Positions 36,292-50,849 are shown, numbered from the stretch's first letter. The stretch: DNA of 64,000 nucleotides from Ascidiella aspersa (GCA_963924565.1 OZ004612.1:7378001-7442000); one strand, 5' to 3'. Notes: a model not told the origin generated them from the letters alone. Numbers and translations: made by a program.

Positions 36292-39200
36292 TGCCCCCAA
36301 GGAAGATTTTCGATACATTCGGGCTACCCAAATCGTAAACTGTTAACTATACACCAGGTGGTATATTGTCACGTTGTGAAAAGTTGTTTTTCGTCGAGAT
36401 GGAAAGCGATCCGACCCTGATCTTCCACACCTTGCTTTGGTTAATTCGTAATCGGATATCACACGCGGATTTGACTTTTCTCAAAATAGCCGAGGAAGTC
36501 GTGTGGCTTACGCGTTCCATAAGTATGTTATTATCGTTGTGTTGTGTTTGGGGCGTGGAGTAATGGCGCATTAAATATGTAGGTAACATCGATACAAAAT
36601 GCAAAGCTGGAATATGCGATATAATCGGCAGTTTTTCTCTCCTGTTTAAACCCTTGGAAAGTAGCTAAATCCACTATTATCTTTGTACAATAAAAAAGAA
36701 AAATTGTTAAAATCGCAAAAACATACATTATTTCAATTTTGTTTTGTTGAATTTTTTTTAAACCTAATAAAATTACTTCGAAGACTCACTTGTTAGACTT
36801 CACGTTTTCATTTTTGAAAATACACAATGTTAGTTTTGCCCCTTATATGTACAAGGGTCGGTTTCTAAAACGAGATTATGCGCAAATTCAGATTGCGTCT
36901 TACGGCGGTGACAATTTTGCGCCGGCGCGGGCCTGTCATTAGCCTATCGCGGCGCCCCCTTAATTTCGCAACCCGCTCGTCAATGCAATTTGCGATTTCA
37001 AAAGTTGAACTTCAAGTTTCAGCGTCAAAATAAAGCGATTCATGCGCGGGCCTTGAAGGCGCAAAGTATATTTGCCAGGGTTGTAAACAAGTAGTTCTGA
37101 ATTGACTTATGTCTCAATAAAGTGATTTGTGAAATAACTCAAGTCCAAGTCAGGGCCATCAATTAAAGTTTAAGTCATTAACATAATAAACATATTTAAC
37201 TTACAAATATATAACTCTTCCGATTCTAAGCAATATTAAAATTAGAAAACAACAAAAATGCATTATATAGTAAGCCAGCTGCTTCAGCCAAAATCGAGGT
37301 TGAAAAACGAAATGTCCCCCAAAATTTATAATGAACAATATGGTCAAGTCTTTTATTCAAAAGAATATAATCACGTTAGGTAATTTTGCCCAAAAGTACA
37401 GTCGTCTAAAATCCCTGACGTCACTAAAACTCGGATATCGTCTCATCATTGGATCTTCTGCGTTTTGTTTTTTAGCCGGGATCATGTTTTGTTGCTCGAC
37501 TTTTCTCCAAAGGTATTAAGAACGAAAGTGCGGTCGAATATTAAACGTCTGTGTTTGGCAGAAACCGCGGACGTGTTTGCAAACAGCAGGTCGTCGTCGT
37601 TTTGCGTCGAATTCGGAATTTTCGAGCGGCTCCGAAGCGAAAAGGCTATAATCTGTTTACCGGCTGCACTGGAAAAAGGTGATTGGCAAAGTGGCGAACC
37701 TGCCTAGTCGAGTGGTCGCATAGGCCGATGTTTGCCGCCAGGTGCTCACTGCTCAGCTGTCGTAAGCCGTGCAAGCGGCGAATTTTACCGGACCTCCGAT
37801 CGTTGTTTATACCCAACCTTAAAGCCGCCGTAAGCGCCCGCAAAGTTACACGAAACCTCTTCCTTTTTTTCGATCGGTTGACACCGGCTTCGATTTTAAA
37901 CTTGTTTTCCAGCATTGCTTAACCATTATTATCAACAGTTTGAATGGCACAGCGGAAGCTTAGCCTTTGCACACTGCTTTTTGTTATATTTGCGCTTCCT
38001 ATAGGAAAAAATAATCAGTCCTCTTTTAACTGCACTGTTTTGCATTTCGCAAATGTGAGAAACGCGTATTAAACTCGCTACGCACTTTTATACAACCTAC
38101 AAATCAATCTCGCTTTCCAAAGGCAAGATTAGGGTGGGGGAAGTGTAAAAAAAATAAAAAAAATACTTGGTCGCCACGTTACACAAACGCCCTCTAAGAT
38201 TCGAACAAAAATGGTTAGGCGACAAATTTCCAATACATTTCTAAAATAGTAATCAAGCTTTCGGTTAAATCAGTTCTTCTCAAATTTTTCGCGGCCAACA
38301 AAAACTTAAGGTATAATCTTTGGCGACCCTCTTCTTTTCACCGAACTTTTTGAGAAAGGAAGGCGCGTTCTTCAAAGTGGCCACATCAACCGAGCCTTGC
38401 ATTCCCGTGGTCCCAGGGCAAGGTCGATTTCTGTCGATTCGCCTGTCGGGGAGTGAGAGAATGTCCGACATAACAACGAGAGAGGGCCTCGGAAGGAAGG
38501 AAAACCCAATCAGACGCAATAACCGAGCTGTCGTCACTAGCTCAGCGCCCGTTGAGATTTATGACCAATAGCCGCGTCATCGCGGCAGTGTGTGGATCAA
38601 TCTCCTTTGCTGGACTGCTGCCGGTGCTGGTGGTTCTTATTGATTGGGCTGATACACTGGGGGACTTGGGATTGATTGCTTTGTGGCGTTAATTTGAAAT
38701 TGCCTGGTGCACGTTTTAGGGCCGGGCTTTGGTGTCGACCGCTTTTACTTGTGATCTTCTGTTGCCATCGTGCAATACTTTAGATGATACCAGAGCTATC
38801 TAGAGTAAGTTGTTATGTGTTTGAAACACACTGTAACGGTTGCAGTGTAATACATCCCTTAAATAAATACGTCTATACGGGAAAAGCGAGAACAAATAAA
38901 GACTTGGCTAACACCAACAGCATATAAAACACTGTATGATCACTTTTATCAGAATTTTTTTACTTGGGATGTACAACCTTATTTGGGGTTAGGGGGTGGA
39001 TTTTACCAGAGGCAAAACACAATTTTGTAAGTGGTTCGATTTAAATTCTATTCCTGTTAAGGATTAAATAACAGTGTTATCGTTGCCACTGTTTATCGCG
39101 ATAACCTACTTAATTCTTATTTAAATAGGCTATTGGGAGTTTGATGGTCCGTCCGCGCAACTCTACTTCTTACAGTGGTAAAATGGAGAAACAAAAGCCT

Positions 39201-42200
39201 AAATGTCACTGATTTGGATTACAGACATTCCACCATAAGAGCGATAAAATAAACCCGGGAGAAACGTTTATGACCAAGCTAAACTCTCGTGAAAAATTTC
39301 GGATAAAACATTCCGCCCATATTTGACACGTTGTCTGCTGTCTTATACACGTTTCGGTTGTGCATTACCACATAAAATCATAACAGTCTATTAGTTGCTT
39401 ATCGGTCCATTAAAGTAGATTTATTCGTGAACTGGTTGTAGGGTTTCTAAGGATTTAGAGACAATATGAAATTCTTTATAAAGCTAGAAACTTTTTATGA
39501 ACCTTATTTGAAAACATCACACTATTATCTTTAATTTCTCATGGGCTCGGATTTTATGTCAATTCAAAAAAATTGTTACAAAGCATTGAAAATTTTCCTT
39601 CAGTTATAGTTTAGACCTGACGATGTAGATGTAAGTTAAGGGCTGCTGTATGGACAGCAAATACGCGCCGCGCATTGTGCATAAGCAGTCGGCATCAATG
39701 TGGGCTTCCATATCGATCGGTCGGACGAAGTCCCTACTTACTGCAGCAAGACGCAAGCAAAAGACAGCGACGGCGACATATGGCTTATTCGCGCCAGGCG
39801 CTTAAGTGAAATTAGCTGCTGACCAGAAGTAAGCTAGCGACGGGCGAGCGGCAGCCGACTTGATTAAGATCGTCGGCACCAGCTATCCCCGATTTCCCCT
39901 TGTCTCTGTCGCCGTCTCGCCTTTTCTCTCTTTCTTTAGCCTTGCCTTGTCTCGGCCAGTAATCGAATATATGCGAAACCCGAGCGTTATCTGGCGACGA
40001 CCCTTTTAGCGCGTTATAGCATCGCTGCTACGAGAGATAATGCAGTTTTATTTTATTTTTCGTCTTTCTCGAAAACGCGCGGCGCCGCCCTAAAAGCGCT
40101 GATGGCGTTTTTAAACGAGCGAATTTATCAGCCGGCAAAGATGTTTTCCTCCCCCCGAATTCTGACAGCGGCAACATTTTCACACGAAAAAAAGGAACGA
40201 TTTTAGCAAACGATCACCCAAGATGTAGCAGCACACGCTATAAGAAACACTTGTCCATATAACAGCGCTTTTTAACCGATGGACTCTTTCAGGTGGGCGC
40301 GCACTTTCGACTGAGATATTTTAATTTTGGTTCGGAAATCTCAAGATGGGAAAATGAGTTCCTGAATACAGAATAATTTTTGGTGTGAAAATTGCACCGA
40401 TTTCGGATAAGGATTGAGTGCATTTGCTCTTTTTGTCAATTACTTTACCGCAACACCATGTTGTGAACCCTAAAATGAATTCTTAGTAAAAGGTGCCGCT
40501 GTCATGACGTGGAAAATATAGGCTAAAATGCAAAAAAAAGGTTTGGAAGCGCTGTCCTATGAGGTTGATAGAAAAACAGAAAACGAGAATTACGAAAGCG
40601 AGGGAAGACGTTGAACGGGAAACTCCCTGTACTTTGGACCACCGAGTTATCGGTCAACTAAATCCTCATGCTGGTCGCGCTTAGGCCTTTTAGCACGCCT
40701 TAAAAAATTGGCCTATATTTATCGCGGAAATCCGACTCGGCCGCTGTGCGACTTGCATTAAGTCGAATAATAAGACAAGTCCGAGATGCGAGCTCTAATC
40801 CCGCACTTTGCCTGGCCTTAACTCGATTCCCGCGCGAGTTTCTTTTCTCAATGGGAATTAAAGGCGTCCGCGTGCGGTTTAAGGTGTATTTTAATCGCGC
40901 TACTGAGAAGCGACCTAAACATTCGAGCGAAGTCGGCTTAATTAGCTTCCGATGATGGCAAAACAAGCGCGGTGGCCATAACCAACGACAACATCGACAA
41001 AAAGCACATCTGCTCAATCTGGCTCCTCTCATTGGGGCACGGGCTTGAACCAGGTCGCCTCTGACGTTGGGAGGCCGCATTTTTGTGTGTATCGTGTAAT
41101 TGGCGTGTAACGAGAGGTTCAAGGCACTCCGTCATGCCTTGGTCCGTAGCAATTAGGCCTGACCTAAGGGCCAGTGTTCGGACCCCGGGCTCGAAATATC
41201 CCTTGACGCCGAATTTCACGCGCGCGCTTTTTCACACCGCCGCGTATGGCGCAGGGTGTCTCGCCAGCCGACTTGGGATTCCCGAAACGAGGCCAGGTCC
41301 TAGATCGCCGCTTTTCACGCGTTCGACGGGCGACAAGTTGACGCGGACCGCCCGCGCGCCTTGGTTCAGTGCGGTTTTCGCGGCGTGGAATTACAACAAA
41401 ATCAGAACCCCTGACACACAGGTTTAACGGCCCACCAGCACCTTTACTACAACATGTTTGTATTATGGCGAGTGCCACACGCAGAGACGGTTCGGAGAAT
41501 TTATACCTCTTCGCCAAACTATATTTGGGATGTATGAAGTTGTCAGATCCGGCTGATACCTGATACTATAGTGGTAATATCGCTACTCGTTCGATACTAG
41601 TATTGGTGCCGATCTGATTTCAAATTGACAAGTATATTCAAACTATGGTTTGCAAACCAACGCAGCAATTTCTATCTTGAAAGGTTACTTTCTTATTGAA
41701 TGGTGTATTAATTAATAAAAGTTAACCAAGATTTTTAACACAAATGCAACTTTTTGCTGTTTAAACTGGATTTCATTTTATCGATTTTGTTATTTGCCCA
41801 TAGTAATCAGAATTCGTTATAACAGATTCTGCGTAAATCCGAATGGTGAACAACAAACGATTCTGGTTGCACATCAATGATAAAGATTAAACTGCGTACA
41901 GGACCTAGTGAACCGAAAATAAATTTGTTTATATGTCACATGATAAATATATTTCGCTCCTAAAAGTTCATAGTTACGATGTAATTTACGGACGCCCGTA
42001 CTTTATGCTCAAAATATCGGGTATCGGAATACGATACCAAATATCGTGCATCCCCAGCCTGAACCACCCGCTGGCGTTCGAAGCGAGCCCTGGAAATAAA
42101 TAGACGCGACTGTAAATTAGAGAATATACAGACAAGAGCCGACGAAATCCCCGGCGAACGTCGCATTGCACCGAGCAAACAGACATGACCAAATATAACT

Positions 42201-43078
42201 CACAGCGGTCGGTCGTTTCTTGGCCCGCCGCCGAGGCACTAGTCCCGGGAGATTGAGTCATGTTTTCCTATTGTCAACACCAACAGTAAGTCGCCATGGC
42301 GAAGCGGGAAAGTTGTGGTGGTGGCCTTATGAGCGCCACACAAACCCGTAGTAAGGGAGCGGTCACCAACAGCATCCCCGTGGCGATAAACCGTCGTAAA
42401 TTTGTTTTCCGGCTGGCGATTTTATTTTTATTTGAGCACGCGCGGTTTTTAGGGTAAGGAGAATGTGTGTCTTTCAGTGCAGATGTTTGCGTTTTGGACG
42501 CCTTGTGTGTGTGTAATTTTAAAACCGCTGCACACTTTCACGTTAGTGTTTTAAGTTGGTGGTAGCGTTTAGGTTGGGGTTATTTTGCAGTATCACTAAT
42601 TAACGGTAATTCCTTACAAGATCCTTAATATTTTACAAAGCTGAACGAATTTACGAGAAGGTTTGATACGTTTTTGCCGACATTTTCGGTGTTATATTTT
42701 AAAAGTGAAACGTTTTCCAACTTTTTACCTGTAAACTTTATCCTGCCGCTATGAAATTTCGACAGTTCCTGCCATTTCGGATTCCCACGCCCCCTGTTAC
42801 GTCACATCACGAGGATTGTAAAATTGCGATGACGTCATACAAGAAATAATAGCTCCCGTACCTCAATTCGATCTTAAAGACCGACTTTCGCAATTCTAGC
42901 AGTGCGCTTGCAACCCATAAACAGGGACACCGTTAAACGGCAGGTCGGACTTGGAAATGGAAATAACCAGCGCCCTCTGGCCTCGTAAAGGGCGCCGTCG
43001 TAAATTTCGCTTCCACTAAAGCGCAACTGATCGTGCAAGTGCGCCGTAAAAACGGAAGCACGCACGCACACGCACAAC

Positions 43079-43080
<2 letters not shown>

Positions 43081-43121
<41 letters not shown>

Positions 43122-43141
43122 ACATACACACACACACACAC
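43081..43141. repeat. (CA)n microsatellite
   Basis: Directly visible. It explains the VC/HT-repeat ORFs in the track. Confidence 0.95.
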
Positions 43142-46045
43142 GTCAAAGGTCGTTTACCCGGGCCGAATGTTTTTCCGAACCGTGCAAGAAAGATAGGCCA
43201 TGCTTTGTGAGGGGCCAAAGGTAGCGATTTTAATGAGCCGCGTTGCCTCGGTGCTGGTTTGCAAAATAGGCACCGATCCGATTCACTATTTCCCAGCTTT
43301 GCAAGCCATTTTATATTGACTTGACTCTACAAAGAGTCATTTGCAAAAAGAAAGCACGTCCAAGCCAGTTAATTGCAATATATAGTCAAGTCCAAATTTA
43401 TCATTAACCCCAGCCCACTAATCAGTTAGCCTAAGACCGTGGGCCTGTTTAAGTCATTCACATGGTAAATGAAGTCAGTGGTGTCAAGCAATATGAAATG
43501 AATTGCATTCAATTTCCAGTAGTATTGCGCAAAGCAAACACGCCTAAAATGGCAGTTACAATTCGTTGAAAACAATAACTAAAGTGCAATTTGGTCGACT
43601 AATTATTTTCAATCAATACAACAATTTCTTGATGGGTAAGCTCGCATTAATCGCAAGTACCTTAAAGTTACTTCAAAACGTACCCCCGCCTTAACACACA
43701 ATTCGAATAAAATCGAAGTGTCGTCACTTTTACACCCCTGTTTCACTTTAAGCATACATTGCTCCGAAACCAGAAATTTCTTTATGGCCGTCCTGTTTTG
43801 CTGCCGTTTCCAACACAGCTGCGTTAAGCGCGCTTTATGAAGGTTGGTGGGCGAAATAAACTTTGCTGTATTAAGATTTCATAGCATTCTTGTGGCTTTT
43901 GGAATAACTGTCCCGAATATTTATCCAGCGATGTGCAAACAGCTTTTCAATTGTTTACGTGTTTAATATAGCGACTGAGAAGAGGAAACGAATCTGATTG
44001 TAAAACGTTGTGTTTAAGTCAAACACAGATGAAATATATGATAAATTTAGGGCTTTTTAATATCGGCAAAACACACAACCCCGAGATATTTTAACGAGAT
44101 TAAACAGAAGACGTGGAAAAAAAAACACTATTTGCTCGACAGTTATTGGTAGTTTGACATGGCTTTATAAATAATGATCGCGTGCGTTTGAAAAGCCGCA
44201 AACTCATAGCTGTATGCGAAATACGACTAAAAATCAAATCTAGTGGCTGTGGCAATGAAATTACAGGCGACTTTTCGTTGGCATTTGCAAGAATTTTAAC
44301 AACGGATGCCGAAACTTTAGCAGAACTTTTAAAGATCGAGTTCTTGTTATAAAATACCCTATTACAAGGCCACATAGAGTTCAGCCTACGTGACAAGCAG
44401 CCTATGACGTACCTTTGACTTTGACCTTTTGTCGTCTAATGTTGTTTGCCTTGCTTTCAGTCGCTATCGTAAAACGACCAAAATTTTAGGGTTTTGCACT
44501 TTACGATCGGTTGACCTTTTTTGCAAATGAATGAGTTACATTCATGGGGCACTTAAAACCCGGCGGTCTGTGCGAAAAAATGGGTAAACCAAGGTTTATT
44601 GTAAGATGAGGTAAAAGCCTAAATTTCAAACTTTGCTTTTTTGACGAAAGTACATTTTGTTTGTAAAATGTTAGCGGCGACTAGACTCCAGGCCGATAAA
44701 AGAAAAAATCCCAATGATTTTTTTGGCATTGTTTTTACTTAATGATTATAATTTTCCCTTAAATTTGAAACTAAAAAAATTCGGAAATATATTCAACCTA
44801 TTGGACACGATCTAGGCCCAATCTTCGAATACTCGAGAGCGTAAAATGAAAAAAATGGGCATGACCCTTGAAGCAATGCTCCGAAATAGTTCGTAGTTTC
44901 AGTAGGCATACTAATATAATTTAAGCCCCATATGGACATTAGTAAAATCAACCCTGCCTGCATCACACCTAGCTTCCCATGGAATGCTTTGAAAGTCCAG
45001 GAAAGATGTCCCTGGTAAGCATTTCCATCGTCACAAAAAAAGTTATATGTTATGCGAGTTTCAACAGCAAATTTCATGCAAAATAGTCCATTTAAAGCGC
45101 GACATTAGCATAACTTCATAAATGCTTTTGCTCCTATTGCTATCGGCGGCAACAACAAAGAGCCTATACGTCACGCCTCTTCTGATCTATTGTACTCGCC
45201 CGGATGTCTCTAGCTTCGTAAAACGCTATGTTCAACTTCGCCATACGCACGCGGGCATTATAGCCTGGGTCAAAGGACCCTCTCTCCCTACTCTTGGCAA
45301 TGCTGTGTACCCGCTATATCCGCCACACGCGCCCAACTATATAGCGGTTTGTGGATTCGCCAATCGTCTTTACTCGTTCACGCATCGCGAGTGTCGAAGG
45401 CCCTTGAGTTCTGGCGACGCCAGCACGACAAATTGCGGAGCAGGTATTTGGGAGTTGGCGAAATTTTTGAGGGCCTTCGCCGCTGCTGGTTTGGCACGTG
45501 CCTTTACACGACACGTTTTTCAAGATGTTCGCTACTCCATTTCAAAGTTGTCGCCCCTTACCCAATGTTATCTCTTCCGCAAAGAATGCCGGTTTAAACA
45601 AATTGTGGGGAGCCTTGGCCCTTGTCACGTTCAAAGTATTTGAAATAATTCTAAAACCTTGGCCTTGATCCTCCCACAAAACAAACAATGTAAACGTGTC
45701 TACTTTTTTACAATTATTTGGGACGCCTCGCAAAACATTCTTGCACGTTTATTTCGCCTTAATCCACAAACATTACTACTTGAGGGAGGTCATATCTCTA
45801 GCATACACACGTGGTATTGTTCGGTTTCGTTATGAAGGATTGCGAACCGGTTTATTGATTAAAAACATAAATTTCCTAAATCTCGACTTTTTACACTCCT
45901 GAGAGAATTACTTTTGTATGGCTTTGACGTTGGTCAGTGCGACTTTACAAGTGGATGATTATAATACAATTTAGTATACACAATTTAGGTGGCGCAATTG
46001 ACTAATTGTAGTTTCAGATTATTATGGTATACTTCAAAATGAGAC

Positions 46046-46118
46046 AAATGTAACTATCAACCAAGATCAGTATGCAAATGACAAAATGTAACTATCAACC
46101 AAGATCAGTATGCAAATG
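46046..46118. repeat. Tandem duplication with 35 identical bp
   Basis: AAATGTAACTATCAACCAAGATCAGTATGCAAATG at 46046-46080 and 46084-46118. Confidence 0.9.
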
Positions 46119-46532
46119 GTTCAGCATATTTATTAAATAACAACAAACAACTTAATAGGTGTCATTGCGGCATCAGAAAGGTATCGCACTTATACACGTG
46201 TTTATAAACAGTTTTCTGTTTATTCTTATTAAAGTTTATAAATGTAGTTTCCTATTGTATTTAATTTTTGAGTTTTTAAATAGAGATTTTTCCTATTCTG
46301 TTTATTGCAGAGATCTATCATAAACAACCATAACTATGCCAATCAAAGGTATGTAGAGTTATGATTACCAGACTGTATAGCATGTTGATACGCATATAGG
46401 TTTAACACCTCACCAAACACTACACGTAGACGGAACTCAGAGTAAACTGTTCTAACAAACTACAACTGACCAAATATACCTAGTGCAGTATTTCTAAAAA
46501 GCAACAAACGTCACAAATCTTTTTTCATCCAG

Positions 46533-46763
46533 GTGAAGATCATGCTCCGCATCTCGGACTCGGATGCGATGAGAGGATCCGCTCCCTCCTCCCCTGCATC
46601 ACCAGGAGTGGGAGTAGGAGCAGAGGAGTTCCTCCGGGTGGAGAGCAACCGAAAGCACGTGAGCGTCTTCACCCCTCGAGACCCCCGCGAGCCCCACAAG
46701 GAGATCATAGCCGCTCCTAAAGTCTACGCATTCGACTCGATTTACACCCCTCGCTCGACCCAG
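46533..46763 (+). CDS. KIF26: KIF26-like motor exon (VKIMLRI...PKVYAFDSIYTPRSTQ)
   Basis: Acceptor tttttcatccag, donor CAG|gtaaga, 231 nt, phase 0 to 0. Confidence 0.95.
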
Positions 46764-46886
46764 GTAAGATTTTGTGGTTATTTTAAAACGTAAATCGTCA
46801 TTTTAGGAAAGGCCGTACTTTTATGAAATCCAAAACCATTAGCAGCAGGGTTTTCCTTCGATCACTGTTCCGCTGACGCGTATATA

Positions 46887-47000
46887 AACAATAAAACTCA
46901 AAGTTTTCAAAAACCAGAGTAAAACCGGGATCAGACGGTTAAAATGTCTGATCCTGATTTTACTCAGGTTTTTAAACTTTTTTTTTTGGTTTTATTTGTT
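46887..47000. repeat. Imperfect fold-back inverted repeat
   Basis: AAAACCAGAGTAAAACCGGGATCAGAC pairs with GTCTGATCCTGATTTTACTCAGGTTTT around a 9-nt loop. Confidence 0.75.
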
Positions 47001-47985
47001 CGCCATTATAGGTATCGTTAACACCTAGTAATAAAACGCAATTTTATTTATATTTTGCAAACTTCCCGCTTCTTATTAGTGAATGGTAGATAAAAGTGAC
47101 GTGCATTCGCCGCGCGAAATATGTGATCATATAGATCTACAGTTGATCTTCCGACCTCGCGCAAACTGCCCTTGAAGCGTTAGTCTACTTATATGATATT
47201 TGAAGACAAAAACATTTCACCCACGACACGACATTATCTGCCTGTTAATTCAAGTCAATCTCCTATTTGTGTTCAGTTTACGCACGATTCAATTACGGCG
47301 TTTTCAGGCCAAGCTCAATATTTGTTATTTTGTGTACGGTAATTGGTAGTGAGGATTAGAAATATTGCGCTTCGCCAATCGGGCCGAGTGTCTGGTTGCA
47401 GATTAGTGTTGTGACCGCACATTTGTTTTCCAAGTGCAATGCATCCCGGTTAATCCAGAAACGCCAAATTAACGGGAAGTTTTGGTCCTCGGGGCAAATT
47501 TACGACACAATTGAGAAAACAAGCGTCCGTATAAGGCATCAATTATCATTTAAAGCTCAACGTCGAACCTAATAAGAAAAGTAATTAAAACGCAAATCCA
47601 GATGACTCACTTTCGCGTGACCAAAAACAACCTTACAACTTGTACACAGTTCCAAGTGCCAAGTCGCGGCATTTGGATATAGGGAATAGGTTTAATAGAA
47701 GTATACGCCAGTTATTATTTTGTAACCGTATAAGGCGTTACGTCATGCGCCCATAACTGCGACTTCGATTCACAAAAAGGGATAAAAATAGAAGACTCTG
47801 TTCCCTGGCGAATTCAAATCCATTAACGCCGAGCGACTGGGACATTCGATTTCACGAGCGAGCAAAAAAATTCCCGGGCTTTTAGGCGCGACAGGGCGGA
47901 CTTGAACCGCGAGCGACTGCCACCAATTTCCCGGTTTATGAGCATGGCAGTAAACCCGGAGCTAGTTTTCCCTTTTTATTTGCAG

Positions 47986-48079
47986 GCCGAGGTTTGCACC
48001 ACCGGTCTGGTTGACGTCATCCAGGCGGTCCTGAACGGAGCAGACGGCACGCTTTTCTGCTACGGACAAACCAACCTGG
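47986..48079 (+). CDS. KIF26: KIF26-like motor exon (AEVC...NGADGTLFCYGQTNL-G), P-loop start
   Basis: Acceptor tatttgcag, donor G|gtaggt, 94 nt, phase 0 to 1. Confidence 0.95.
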
Positions 48080-49274
48080 GTAGGTGGCCTACGACGTTCG
48101 AATTAGGGACGTACAATATACTTCCTGATATTTTCGGTAAAAAATATAAAAGTCCCATCCGATAGCAAATGACGTCATTTCTATGGTCTGAACAGAAACA
48201 TTGATGAAGTTAAAGCGTGCAAACGTAACTGCTTTCAGGTTGTTAAGTACAAAAATGATTTAGCGATAGGAACTAACAGTTAGTTTTGCTGTTATTATGC
48301 TATAAAAAGAAAAAAATGCCTTCTAAGTATGAAAACGTTCAGCTAGCTTGCAAACAATGAAAATGCTTTATTGGTATCGAAATAAGCACCGATATAATAT
48401 CCAAGTATGTACCGATACTATAGTTGGCATTAGGATTGGTACGATATTATCGCAATCCTCATAAGGTGTTTCTCATAAAAAAGTTTGCCTTTGCTTTCTC
48501 GATCAATAGGAATATAAAACAGGTCCAGGTTAATGAGCTTTCGCACTCCAATGACACGCTCAAACTTGTCACAAAAACTAACAAGCGAAGCTCTTGCCGT
48601 TTAAACTGTGCATATTAAAAGGTATTTTATAGTTTTATGGTCGAATGCAAATGAAATCCAAAAGGTCGATTAGTTGGAAATTCTCGGCGAATGGGATTTT
48701 TACGACGGTAACGCGTTCCGATCTTGAATAAACGTACAAGGGAATTGCACTCGTCGTAAAATCGGCAATGTCAAGGCGCTTCAGTTGTCGGTGAAATTGC
48801 ACTCTGATTTTGCGTGTAAAAACGGCATGAAAAACGACGCACTCCTTATTTAGTTGTGCAATTCACACTAAATCAATGAACTGCTTTCATTTGGAAAAGC
48901 CTCGTTACTGCCAAAAGTCCATTACATTCCCGAAAACACGTTTGAAATTCTAATCTAAATGCTAAACAATCACTATAAAATCACTATACAAGCCATGCAT
49001 GTTGACTGTAACCTTTCAGATCTCGCCCACAACATAAGAGGGCGTAGAAATAAAGTATAAAATATTTATGAACTATGGAGCATAATGGTTGGAGCTTGTA
49101 GTAAGACCTAATAAGAATATCTAAGTCCAAAAAGAAGTAATAGCTTAAGATTTTCACCGCTTCGAACAAAAATCCAAATAAAAGAAGGCATCTTTTTGAA
49201 CGTTTCGAGTTCTCTTGATTTATTTTCAACACCATTCTTACTACGACTTATGAGCTAGTTATTTGTCCATGCAG

Positions 49275-49472
49275 GCAAGACCTACGCTCTTATGGGTCGC
49301 GATTCTTCGATCGACCAAATGGGTCTGCTACCGTGCGCCATCTCGTGGTTGTATCAGTGCATTGGCGAGCTGAAGGAACAGCAGGGAACCAGAGTGGCGG
49401 TGAGCGTGTCCGCCATCGAAGTGCACGGCACCTCGGAGAAACTGCGTGATCTCTTGGGAGGATACGGCGAAG
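49275..49472 (+). CDS. KIF26: KIF26-like motor exon (KTYALMG...LLPCAISWLY...LRDLL)
   Basis: Acceptor ccatgcag, donor G|gtaact, 198 nt, phase 1 to 1. Confidence 0.95.
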
Positions 49473-50305
49473 GTAACTGGGTTTCAGTAGATTAGTAATA
49501 CGATGTCTTGACTTCAAGGTAGCCAACAGTTCGGGCACTAGACTGAAGTTCGATGGGCAATGGGTATTTCTTAATATTGCGACCTGCTGGTAAAAAATCG
49601 ATTTTATTGTTTAGGAAATTGTGTGACTATTGTTGTACAACAGCATCTTGATATTTATCAGTGCGAGTAGGAAAGGGGGATAAAATGATTGTATCATTTA
49701 CAGCACCGCCTGGCCTGATAATACGAAAAGCTGTTTAAAAAAGAACAGTGGGCCCATAAAAAAAACAATAAATGGGTATTGATGTGCACGGATGCAGATA
49801 TAGCTATTGTCCGAAAATGCAACAAGTCATAAAAAACTGTTGCTTGGGCGCAAGCGAATCCACACCCGTACGTATTCGCGAATATGGCTTTACTGACTTA
49901 CCGGTTACACAGTTTAAATAAAAAGCTCATCTTAAAATAGATTTTCATGAATTGTCTCGAAGGCGATCCAAGTTAATACGATTATACAGTTGTTTTCTCT
50001 CTCGCCTTAAATCCGACGGTTTTTCAATCGTTTTATGGTTTGCATCACCTTTACAGAAATGCCAAATATTTCGGTCGTAATCGGCCACAGACTAAACGAT
50101 CAAGGCCCAAAAATAGACACACAGCGGGTGCCTTGCATTTCAGCTGCGGATGTCCACGGGCGTGTATTCAATATAAGCGCGCCATTATTGCCTGGATTAC
50201 ACGGCAAAAGAAACGTGGCCTGTTTACGATCGCGCGGCCTTACGCGCGCGGTTTTGTTGCCGAGCCATAACGGTGTTTAACGAACGAAATCTCTGCGTTT
50301 TACAG

Positions 50306-50358
50306 ATGTCAGACCCGGGTCTTTGGCGATTTGCGAAGATCCTCTGATGGGAACCCAG
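50306..50358 (+). CDS. KIF26: KIF26-like motor exon (DVRPGSLAICEDPLMGTQ)
   Basis: Acceptor ttttacag, donor CAG|gtgagc, 53 nt, phase 1 to 0. Absent from the ORF track. Confidence 0.92.
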
Positions 50359-50849
50359 GTGAGCGGCTATTTCCTTGTTATCGCCCACTATGTATATAAT
50401 CGATTGAGTTAAATAAATAAATGCAAGACAATAAAAAAAATGCCGGCGTTGCTTATACTTAGCCATATGCGGTCACTAATAACTTTCATATGGTAATAAT
50501 GCTAATCAGGAGGCAAACAATTATACGAAATCTTTGCCTCTAACCTTTTTAATCTATAGGCAAATTTATCCATAGTTTTATGGCTTATTAAAAGCAATGT
50601 AACACAATAATTATCGTGTCATAGATTTATAATTTTGCTTTTAATGTTTTAGTTGCAGTTTATTTTGTCATATTTCTTACGTTCAAAGCAACGACGAAAA
50701 CCTATACCAACAAAAACAGACTGAAAACAAATATTTAAAAAAAATATGTTCATTACTACGAAAAAAATATTTGAAACAAATTTCTCAGCATGCTAATTCA
50801 CAAACACACAGCCACTATACTCATTTTAACCATTCCCCGGCGCTCCCAG

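Noticed and set aside
42874-43224. VC- and HT-repeat ORFs
   Set aside because: They are translations of the (CA)n microsatellite.
45122-45643. 173-aa intronic ORF with Leu-rich start
   Set aside because: No family features; consistent with a chance ORF in a GC-richer block.
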